Positions 53,901 through 64,000 of a stretch of 64,000 bases of DNA are shown here, piece after piece (within the stretch, counting starts at the first letter, position 1; each line of letters opens with the position of its first letter). The DNA lies in the NCBI RefSeq assembly GCF_009914755.1, contig NC_060943.1, one strand, 5' to 3'. The notes beneath the pieces were generated by a model. That model was not told the origin of the DNA, did no database searches, and saw only the letters and a list, made by a program, of their open reading frames with translations. The position numbers and the translations under genes were made by a program. Origin of the DNA: the human T2T-CHM13v2.0 reference genome, Homo sapiens.

Positions 53901-56140
53901 AATTTGCAAGTGGAGATTTCAGCCGCTTTGAGGTCAATGGTAGAATAGGAAATATCTTCCTATAGAAACTAGACAGAATGATTCTCAGAAACTCCTTTGT
54001 GATGTGTGCGTTCAACTCACACAGTTTAACCTTTCTTTTCATAGAGCAGTTAGGAAACACTCTGTTTGTAAAGTCTGCAAGTGGATATTCAGACCTCCTT
54101 GAGGCCTTCGTTGGAAACGGGATTTCTTCATATTATGCTAGACAGAAGAATTCTCAGTAACTTCCTTGTGTTGTGTGTATTCAACTCACAGAGTTGAACG
54201 ATCCTTTACACAGAGCAGACTTGAAACACTCTTTTTGTGGAATTTGCAAGTGGAGATTTCAGCCGCTTTGAGTTCAATGGTAGAATAGGAAATATCTTCC
54301 TATAGAAACTAGACAGAATGATTCTCAGAAACTCCTTTGTGATGTGTGCGTTCAACTCACAGAGTTCAACCTTTCTTTTCATAGAGCAGTTGGGAAACAC
54401 TCTGTTTGTAAAGTCTGCAAGTGGATATTCAGACTTCTTTGAGGCCTTCGTTGGAAGCGGGATTTCTTCATGTTCTGCTAGACAGAAGAATTCTCAGTAA
54501 CTTCCTTGTGTTGTGTGTATTCAACTCACAGAGTTGAACGATCCTTTACACAGAGCAGACTTGAAACACTCTTTTTGTGGAATTTGCAAGTGGAGATTTC
54601 AGCCGCTTTGAGGTCAATGGTAGAATAGGAAATATCTTCCTATAGAAACTAGACAGAATGATTCTCAGAAACTCCTTTGTGATGTGTGCGTTCAACTCAC
54701 AGAGTTTAACCTTTCTTTTCATAGCGCAGTTGGGAAACACTCTGTTTGTAAAGTCTGCAAGTGGATATTCAGACATCCTTGAGGCTTTCGTTGGAAACGG
54801 GATTTGTTCATATTCTGCTAGAAAGAAGAATTCTCAGTAACTTCCTTGTGTTGTGTGTATTCAACTCACAGAGTTGAACGATCCTTTACACAGAGCAGAC
54901 TTGAAACACTCTTTTTGTGGAATTTGCAAGTGGAGATTTCAGCCGCTTTGAGGTCAATGGTAGAATAGGAAATATCTTCCTATAGAAACTAGACAGAATG
55001 ATTCTCAGAAACTCCTTTGTGATGTGTGCGTTCAACTCACAGAGTTTAACCTTTCTTTTCATAGAGCAGTTGGGAAACACTCTGTTTGTAAAGTCTGCAA
55101 GTGGATATTCAGACATCCTTGAGGCTTTCGTTGGAAACGGGATTTCTTCATATTCTGCTAGAAGGAAGAATTCTCAGTAACTTCCTTGTGTTGTGTTTAT
55201 TCAACTCACAGAGTTGAACGATCCTTTATACAGAGCAGACTTGAAACACTCTTTTTGTGGAATTTGCAAGTGGAGATTTCAGCCGCTTTGAGGTCAATGG
55301 TAGAATAGGAAATATCTTCCTATAGAAACTAGACAGAATGATTCTCAGAAACTCCTTTGTGATGTGTGCGTTCAACTCACACAGTTTAACCTTTCTTTTC
55401 ATAGAGCAGTTGGGAAACACTCTGTTTGTAAAGTCTGCAAGTGGATATTCAGACCTCCTTGAGGCCTTCGTTGGAAACGGGATTTCTTCATATTATGCTA
55501 GACAGAAGAATTCTCAGTAACTTCCTTGTGTTGTGTGTATTCAACTCACAGAGTTGAACGATCCTTTACACAGAGCAGACTTGAAACACTCTTTTTGTGG
55601 AATTTGCAAGTGGAGATTTCAGCCGCTTTGAAGTCAATGGTAGAATAGGAAATATCTTCCTATAGAAACTAGACAGAATGATTCTCAGAAACTCCTTTGT
55701 GATGTGTGCGTTCAACTCACACAGTTTAACCTTTCTTTTCATAGAGCAGTTAGGAAACACTCTGTTTGTAAAGTCTGCAAGTGGATATTCAGACCTCCTT
55801 GAGGCCTTCGTTGGAAACGGGATTTCTTCATATTCTGCTAGAAAGAAGAATTCTCAGTAACTTCCTTGTGTTGTGTGTATTCAACTCACAGAGTTGAACG
55901 ATCCTTTACACAGAGCAGACTTGAAACACTCTTTTTGTGGAATTTGCAAGTGGAGATTTCAGCCGCTTTGAGGTCAATGGTAGAATAGGAAATATCTTCC
56001 TATAGAAACTAGACAGAATGATTCTCAGAAACTCCTTTGTGATGTGTGCGTTCAACTCACAGAGTTTAACCTTTCTTTTCATAGAGCAGTTAGGAAACAC
56101 TCTGTTTGTAAAGTCTGCAAGTGGATATTCAGACATCCTT
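47980..56140 (+). repeat. Tandem duplication of 12 dimers (4,080 bp)
   Basis: Private SNV ttgtgtTtat at 51117 and 55197. The RTS, STF, SIK, SAK and IAQ ORF markers all recur at +4,080. A hybrid dimer lies at 52055-52066. Confidence 0.9.
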
Positions 56141-56899
56141 GAGGCTTTCGTTGGAAACGGGATTTCTTCATATTCTGCTAGAAAGAAGAATTCTCAGTAA
56201 CTTCCTTGTGTTGTGTGTATTCAACTCACAGAGTTGAACGATCCTTTACACAGAGCAGACTTGAAACACTCTTTTTGTGGAATTTGCAAGTGGAGATTTC
56301 AGCCGCTTTGAGGTCAATGGTAGAATAGGAAATATCTTCCTATAGAAACTAGACAGAATGATTCTCAGAAACTCCTTTGTGATGTGTGCGTTCAACTCAC
56401 AGAGTTCAACCTTTCTTTTCATAGAGCAGTTGGGAAACACTCTGTTTGTAAAGTCTGCAAGTGGATATTCAGACATCCTTGAGGCTTTCGTTGGAAACGG
56501 GATTTCTTCATATTCTGCTAGAAAGAAGAATTCTCAGTAACTTCCTTGTGTTGTGTGTATTCAACTCACAGAGTTGAACGATCCTTTACACAGAGCAGAC
56601 TTGAAACACTCTTTTTGTGGAATTTGCAAGTGGAGATTTCAGCCGCTTTGAGTTCAATGGTAGAATAGGAAATATCTTCCTATAGAAACTAGACAGAATG
56701 ATTCTCAGAAACTCCTTTGTGATGTGTGCGTTCAACTCACAGAGTTCAACCTTTCTTTTCATAGAGCAGTTGGGAAACACTCTGTTTGTAAAGTCTGCAA
56801 GTGGATATTCAGACTTCTTTGAGGCCTTCGTTGGAAGCGGGATTTCTTCATATTCTGCTAGACAGAAGAATTCTCAGTAACTGCCTTGTGTTGTGTGTA

Positions 56900-59800
56900 T
56901 TCAACTCACAGAGTTGAACGATCCTTTACACAGAGCAGACTTGAAACACTCTTTTTGTGTAATTTGCAAGTGGAGATTTCAGCCGCTTTGAGGTCAATGG
57001 TAGAAAAGGAAATATCTTCGTATAAAAACTAGACAGAATGATTCTCAGAAACTCCTTTGTGATGTGTGCGTTCAACTCACAGAGTTTAACCTTTCTTTTC
57101 ATAGAGCAGTTAGGAAACACTCTGTTTGTAAAGTCTGCAAGTGGATATTCAGACCTCCTTGAGGACTTCGTTGGAAACGGGATTTCTTCATATTATGCTA
57201 GACAGAAGAATTCTCAGTAACTTCCTTGTGTTGTGTGTATTCAACTCACAGAGTTGAACGATCCTTTACACAGAGCAGACTTGAAACACTCTTTTTGTGG
57301 AATTTGCAAGTGGAGATTTCAGCCGCTTTGAGGTCAATGGTAGAATAGGAAATATCTTCATATAGAAACTAGACAGAATGATTCTCAGAAACTCCTTTGT
57401 GATGTGTGCATTCAACTCACACAGTTTAACCTTTCTTTTCATAGAGCAGTTAGAAAACACTCTGTTTGTAAAGTCTGCAAGTGGATATTCAGACCTCCTT
57501 GAGGCATTCGTTGGAAACGGGATTTCTTCATATTATGCTAGACAGAAGAATTCTCAGTAACTTCCTTGTGTTGTGTGTATTCAACTCACAGAGTTGAACG
57601 ATCCTTTACACAGAGCAGACTTGAAACACTCTTTTTGTGGAATTTGCAAGTGGAGATTTCAGCCGCTTTGAGGTCAATGTTAGAATAGGAAATATCTTCC
57701 TATAGAAACTAGACAGAATGATTCTCAGAACCTCCTTTGTGATGTGTGCGTTCAACTCACAGAGTTTAACCTTTCTTTTCATAGAGCAGTTAGGAAACAC
57801 TCTGTTTGTAAAGTCTGCAAGTGGATATTCAGACATCCTTGAGGCTTTCGTTGGAAACGGGATTTCTTCATATTCTGCTAGAAAGAAGAATTCTCAGTAA
57901 CTTCCTTGTGTTGTGTGTATTCAACTCACAGAGTTGAACGATCCTTTACACAGAGCAGACTTGAAACACTCTTTTTGTGGAATTTGCAAGTGGAGATTTC
58001 AGCCGCTTTGAGTTCAATGGTAGAATAGGAAATATCTTCCTATAGAAACTAGACAGAATGATTCTCAGAAACTCCTTTGTGATGTGTGCGTTCAACTCAC
58101 AGAGTTTAACCTTTCTTTTCATAGAGCAGTTGGGAAACACTCTGTTTGTAAAGTCTGCAAGTGGATATTCAGACATCCTTGAGGCTTTCGTTGGAAACGG
58201 GATTTCTTCATATTCTGCTAGAAAGAAGAATTCTCAGTAACTTCCTTGTGTTGTGTGTATTCAACTCACAGAGTTGAACGATCCTTTACACAGAGCAGAC
58301 TTGAAACACTCTTTTTGTGGAATTTGCAAGTGGAGATTTCAGCCGCTTTGAGGTCAATGGTAGAATAGGAAATATCTTCCTATAGAAAGTAGACAGAATG
58401 ATTCTCAGAAACTCCTTTGTGATGTGTGCGTTCAACTCACAGAGTTTAACCTTTCTTTTCATAGAGCAGTTAGGAAACACTCTGTTTGTAAAGTCTGCAA
58501 GTGGATATTCAGACCTCCTTGAGGCCTTCGTTGGAAACGGGATTTCTTCATATTATGCTAGACAGAAGAATTCTCAGTAACTTCCTTGTGTTGTGTGTAT
58601 TCAACTCACAGAGTTGAACGATCCTTTACACAGAGCAGACTTGAAACACTCTTTTTGTGGAATTTGCAAGTGGAGATTTCAGCCGCTTTGAGGTCAATGG
58701 TAGAATAGGAAATATCTTCCTATAGAAACTAGACAGAATGATTCTCAGAAACTCCTTTGTGATGTGTGCGTTCAACTCACAGAGTTCAACCTTTCTTTTA
58801 ATAGAGCAGTTGGGAAACACTCTGTTTGTAAAGTCTGCAAGTGGATATTCAGACTTCTTTAAGGCCTTCGTTGGAAGCGGGATTTCTTCATATTCGGCTA
58901 GACAGAAGAATTCTCAGTAACTTCCTTGTGTTGTGTGTATTCAACTCACAGAGTTGAACGATCCTTTACACAGAGCAGACTTGAAACACTCTTTTTGTGG
59001 AATTTGCAAGTGGAGATTTCAGCCGCTTTGAGGTCAATGGTAGAATAGGAAATATCTTCCTATAGAAACTAGACAGAATGATTCTCAGAAACTCCTTTGT
59101 GATGTGTGCGTTCAACTCACAGAGTTTAACCTTTCTTTTCATAGAGCAGTTGGGAAACACTCTGTTTGTAAAGTCTGCAAGTGGATATTCAGACATCCTT
59201 GAGGCTTTCGTTGGAAACGGGATTTCTTCATATTCTGCTAGAAAGAAGAATTCTCAGTAACTTCCTTGTGTTGTGTGTATTCAACTCACAGAGTTGAACG
59301 ATCCTTTACACAGAGCAGACTTGAAACACTCTTTTTGCGGAATTTGCAAGTGGACATTTCAGCCGCTTTGAGGTCAATGGTAGAATAGGAAATATCTTCC
59401 TATAGAAACTAGACAGAATGATTCTCAGAAACTCCTTTGTGATGTGTGCGTTCAACTCACACAGTTTAACCTTTCTTTTCATAGAGCAGTTAGGAAACAC
59501 TCTGTTTGTAAAGTCTGCAAGTGGATATTCAGACCTCCTTGAGGCCTTCGTTGGAAACGGGATTTCTTCATATTATGCTAGACAGAAGAATTCTCAGTAA
59601 CTTCCTTGTGTTGTGTGTATTCAACTCACAGAGTTGAACGATCCTTTACACAGAGCAGACTTGAAACACTCTTTTTGTGGAATTTGCAAGTGGAGATTTC
59701 AGCCGCTTTGAGTTCAATGGTAGAATAGGAAATATCTTCCTATAGAAACTAGACAGAATGATTCTCAGAAACTCCTTTGTGATGTGTGCGTTCAACTCAC

Positions 59801-62800
59801 AGAGTTCAACCTTTCTTTTCATAGAGCAGTTGGGAAACACTCTGTTTGTAAAGTCTGCAAGTGGATATTCAGACTTCTTTGAGGCCTTCGTTGGAAGCGG
59901 GATTTCTTCATGTTCTGCTAGACAGAAGAATTCTCAGTAACTTCCTTGTGTTGTGTGTATTCAACTCACAGAGTTGAACGATCCTTTACACAGAGCAGAC
60001 TTGAAACACTCTTTTTGTGGAATTTGCAAGTGGAGATTTCAGCCGCTTTGAGGTCAATGGTAGAATAGGAAATATCTTCCTATAGAAACTAGACAGAATG
60101 ATTCTCAGAAACTCCTTTGTGATGTGTGCGTTCAACTCACAGAGTTTAACCTTTCTTTTCATAGCGCAGTTGGGAAACACTCTGTTTGTAAAGTCTGCAA
60201 GTGGATATTCAGACATCCTTGAGGCTTTCGTTGGAAACGGGATTTGTTCATATTCTGCTAGAAAGAAGAATTCTCAGTAACTTCCTTGTGTTGTGTGTAT
60301 TCAACTCACAGAGTTGAACGATCCTTTACACAGAGCAGACTTGAAACACTCTTTTTGTGGAATTTGCAAGTGGAGATTTCAGCCGCTTTGAGGTCAATGG
60401 TAGAATAGGAAATATCTTCCTATAGAAACTAGACAGAATGATTCTCAGAAACTCCTTTGTGATGTGTGCGTTCAACTCACAGAGTTTAACCTTTCTTTTC
60501 ATAGAGCAGTTGGGAAACACTCTGTTTGTAAAGTCTGCAAGTGGATATTCAGACATCCTTGAGGCTTTCGTTGGAAACGGGATTTCTTCATATTCTGCTA
60601 GAAGGAAGAATTCTCAGTAACTTCCTTGTGTTGTGTGTATTCAACTCACAGAGTTGAACGATCCTTTATACAGAGCAGACTTGAAACACTCTTTTTGTGG
60701 AATTTGCAAGTGGAGATTTCAGCCGCTTTGAGGTCAATGGTAGAATAGGAAATATCTTCCTATAGAAACTAGACAGAATGATTCTCAGAAACTCCTTTGT
60801 GATGTGTGCGTTCAACTCACACAGTTTAACCTTTCTTTTCATAGAGCAGTTGGGAAACACTCTGTTTGTAAAGTCTGCAAGTGGATATTCAGACCTCCTT
60901 GAGGCCTTCGTTGGAAACGGGATTTCTTCATATTATGCTAGACAGAAGAATTCTCAGTAACTTCCTTGTGTTGTGTGTATTCAACTCACAGAGTTGAACG
61001 ATCCTTTACACAGAGCAGACTTGAAACACTCTTTTTGTGGAATTTGCAAGTGGAGATTTCAGCCGCTTTGAAGTCAATGGTAGAATAGGAAATATCTTCC
61101 TATAGAAACTAGACAGAATGATTCTCAGAAACTCCTTTGTGATGTGTGCGTTCAACTCACACAGTTTAACCTTTCTTTTCATAGAGCAGTTAGGAAACAC
61201 TCTGTTTGTAAAGTCTGCAAGTGGATATTCAGACCTCCTTGAGGCCTTCGTTGGAAACGGGATTTCTTCATATTCTGCTAGAAAGAAGAATTCTCAGTAA
61301 CTTCCTTGTGTTGTGTGTATTCAACTCACAGAGTTGAACGATCCTTTACACAGAGCAGACTTGAAACACTCTTTTTGTGGAATTTGCAAGTGGAGATTTC
61401 AGCCGCTTTGAGGTCAATGGTAGAATAGGAAATATCTTCCTATAGAAACTAGACAGAATGATTCTCAGAAACTCCTTTGTGATGTGTGCGTTCAACTCAC
61501 AGAGTTTAACCTTTCTTTTCATAGAGCAGTTAGGAAACACTCTGTTTGTAAAGTCTGCAAGTGGATATTCAGACATCCTTGAGGCTTTCGTTGGAAACGG
61601 GATTTCTTCATATTCTGCTAGAAAGAAGAATTCTCAGTAACTTCCTTGTGTTGTGTGTATTCAACTCACAGAGTTGAACGATCCTTTACACAGAGCAGAC
61701 TTGAAACACTCTTTTTGTGGAATTTGCAAGTGGAGATTTCAGCCGCTTTGAGGTCAATGGTAGAATAGGAAATATCTTCCTATAGAAACTAGACAGAATG
61801 ATTCTCAGAAACTCCTTTGTGATGTGTGCGTTCAACTCACAGAGTTCAACCTTTCTTTTCATAGAGCAGTTGGGAAACACTCTGTTTGTAAAGTCTGCAA
61901 GTGGATATTCAGACATCCTTGAGGCTTTCGTTGGAAACGGGATTTCTTCATATTCTGCTAGAAAGAAGAATTCTCAGTAACTTCCTTGTGTTGTGTGTAT
62001 TCAACTCACAGAGTTGAACGATCCTTTACACAGAGCAGACTTGAAACACTCTTTTTGTGGAATTTGCAAGTGGAGATTTCAGCCGCTTTGAGTTCAATGG
62101 TAGAATAGGAAATATCTTCCTATAGAAACTAGACAGAATGATTCTCAGAAACTCCTTTGTGATGTGTGCGTTCAACTCACAGAGTTCAACCTTTCTTTTC
62201 ATAGAGCAGTTGGGAAACACTCTGTTTGTAAAGTCTGCAAGTGGATATTCAGACTTCTTTGAGGCCTTCGTTGGAAGCGGGATTTCTTCATATTCTGCTA
62301 GACAGAAGAATTCTCAGTAACTGCCTTGTGTTGTGTGTATTCAACTCACAGAGTTGAACGATCCTTTACACAGAGCAGACTTGAAACACTCTTTTTGTGG
62401 AATTTGCAAGTGGAGATTTCAGCCGCTTTGAGGTCAATGGTAGAATAGGAAATATCTTCCTATAGAAACTAGACAGAATGATTCTCAGAAACTCCTTTGT
62501 GATGTGTGCGTTCAACTCACAGAGTTTACCCTTTCTTTTCATAGAGCAGTTAGGAAACACTCTGTTTGTAAAGTCTGCAAGTGGATATTCAGACATCCTT
62601 GAGGCTTTCGTTGGAAACGGGATTTCTTCATATTCTGCTAGAAAGAAGAATTCTCAGTAACTTCCTTGTGTTGTGTGTATTCAACTCACAGAGTTGAACG
62701 ATCCTTTACACAGAGCAGACTTGAAACACTCTTTTTGTGGAATTTGCAAGTGGAGATTTCAGCCGCTTTGAGGTCAATGGTAGAATAGGAAATATCTTCC

Positions 62801-64000
62801 TATAGAAACTAGACAGAATGATTCTCAGAAACTCCTTTGTGATGTGTGCGTTCAACTCACAGAGTTCAACCTTTCTTTTCATAGAGCAGTTGGGAAACAC
62901 TCTGTTTGTAAAGTCTGCAAGTGGATATTCAGACTTCTTTGAGGCCTTCGTTGGAAGCGGGATTTCTTCATGTTCTGCTAGACAGAAGAATTCTCAGTAA
63001 CTGCCTTGTGTTGTGTGTATTCAACTCACAGAGTTGAACGATCCTTTACACAGAGCAGACTTGAAACACTCCTTTTGTGGAATTTGCAAGTGGAGATTTC
63101 AGCCGCTTTGAGGTCAATGGTAGAATAGGAAATATCTTCCTATAGAAACTAGACAGAATGATTCTCAGAAACTCCTTTGTGATGTGTGCGTTCAACTCAC
63201 AGAGTTTAACCTTTCTTTTCATAGCGCAGTTGGGAAACACTCTGTTTGTAAAGTCTGCAAGTGGATATTCAGACATCCTTGAGGCTTTCGTTGGAAACGG
63301 GATTTGTTCATATTCTGCTAGAAAGAAGAATTCTCAGTAACTTCCTTGTGTTGTGTGTATTCAACTCACAGAGTTGAACGATCCTTTACACAGAGCAGAC
63401 TTGAAACACTCTTTTTGTGGAATTTGCAAGTGGAGATTTCAGCCGCTTTGAGGTCAATGGTAGAATAGGAAATATCTTCCTATAGAAACTAGACAGAATG
63501 ATTCTCAGAAACTCCTTTGTGATGTGTGCGTTCAACTCACAGAGTTTAACCTTTCTTTTCATAGAGCAGTTGGGAAACACTCTGTTTGTAAAGTCTGCAA
63601 GTGGATATTCAGACATCCTTGAGGCTTTCGTTGGAAACGGGATTTCTTCATATTCTGCTAGAAGGAAGAATTCTCAGTAACTTCCTTGTGTTGTGTGTAT
63701 TCAACTCACAGAGTTGAACGATCCTTTATACAGAGCAGACTTGAAACACTCTTTTTGTGGAATTTGCAAGTGGAGATTTCAGCCGCTTTGAGGTCAATGG
63801 TAGAATAGGAAATATCTTCCTATAGAAACTAGACAGAATGATTCTCAGAAACTCCTTTGTGATGTGTGCGTTCAACTCACACAGTTTAACCTTTCTTTTC
63901 ATAGAGCAGTTGGGAAACACTCTGTTTGTAAAGTCTGCAAGTGGATATTCAGACCTCCTTGAGGCCTTCGTTGGAAACGGGATTTCTTCATATTATGCTA
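56900..64000 (+). repeat. Long-range copy of the block at ~27,320-34,080 (offset 29,580 then 29,920 bp)
   Basis: Shared private SNVs gtgcA (27830/57410) and tggaCatt (29435/59355), plus two shared recombinant junctions. Confidence 0.85.
63966..63982 (+). promoter_or_regulatory. CENP-B box (last in window)
   Basis: CTTCGTTGGAAACGGGA at 46+340x188, exactly in register with the upstream boxes. Confidence 0.96.

Larger units (their letters stand above)
1..64000 (+). repeat. Centromeric alpha satellite array, SF1 340-bp dimer (D1Z7/D5Z2/D19Z3-like, S1C1/5/19H1L-type live HOR), ~188 tandem dimers
   Basis: Strict 340-bp period across the window (ORF starts at 257, 597, 937, 1277, then 1618+340n). 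Alphoid motifs present (attctcagaaactcctttgtgatgtgtgcgttcaactcacagagtt; tggatatt; CENP-B box). An EcoRI GAATTC occurs once per dimer (first at 87-92). Family assignment is from recognition of the sequence, not from a search. Confidence 0.97.

Noticed and set aside
145-63920. Hundreds of 60-97 aa ORFs on both strands (MILRNSF..., MFPNCSM..., MSEYPLA...)
   Set aside because: They are chance open frames of the satellite dimer repeated every 340 bp, with no recognisable domain or gene structure. Starts and stops are gained and lost by single SNVs. I used them only as SNV barcodes.
1-64000. CRISPR-like or diversity-generating repeat/spacer system
   Set aside because: There are no unique spacers and no associated genes. 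The entire unit repeats and the sequence is alpha satellite.
1-64000. Transposon insertion, inversion or non-alphoid island
   Set aside because: The 340-bp register and orientation hold without a break apart from one extra base, leaving no room for an insert.
1-64000. Synthetic array (statistical centromere reference model or HAC construct)
   Set aside because: Rare SNVs stay in phase over 4-30 kb with nested duplications. A short-memory Markov model or a single amplified cloned unit would be unlikely to produce this. Local misassembly is still not excluded.
1-64000. Assignment to a specific chromosome (1, 5 or 19) or to the CENP-A domain
   Set aside because: The dimer is shared between these chromosomes. 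Assignment needs alignment, and kinetochore position is epigenetic and not readable from sequence.
10300-64000. SNV order as a functional code
   Set aside because: The order is fully explained by duplication and deletion history, and nothing in the sequence indicates function.

Overview
The whole 64 kb is one uninterrupted head-to-tail array of primate, almost certainly human, centromeric alpha satellite. It is built from a 340-bp dimer (171-bp A-type monomer plus 169-bp B-type monomer carrying a CENP-B box), about 188 copies, all in one orientation. The sequence fits the suprachromosomal family 1 (J1/J2) EcoRI dimer of the live arrays shared by chromosomes 1/5/19 (D1Z7/D5Z2/D19Z3). I cannot assign the chromosome by eye. 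I see no genes, transposons or non-satellite inserts; the ORF track only reflects the repeat. I found no new gene system. The interesting signal is in the order of the SNVs. Dimer variants follow a cryptic cycle of 29 dimers (9,860 bp) that never appears intact. It has been reshaped by in-register nested duplications of 3, 8, 9, 12 and 19 dimers, by single-dimer deletions, and by a ~29.6-29.9 kb long-range repeat. All variant calls were made by eye with the ORF track as a SNV barcode and need computational confirmation.
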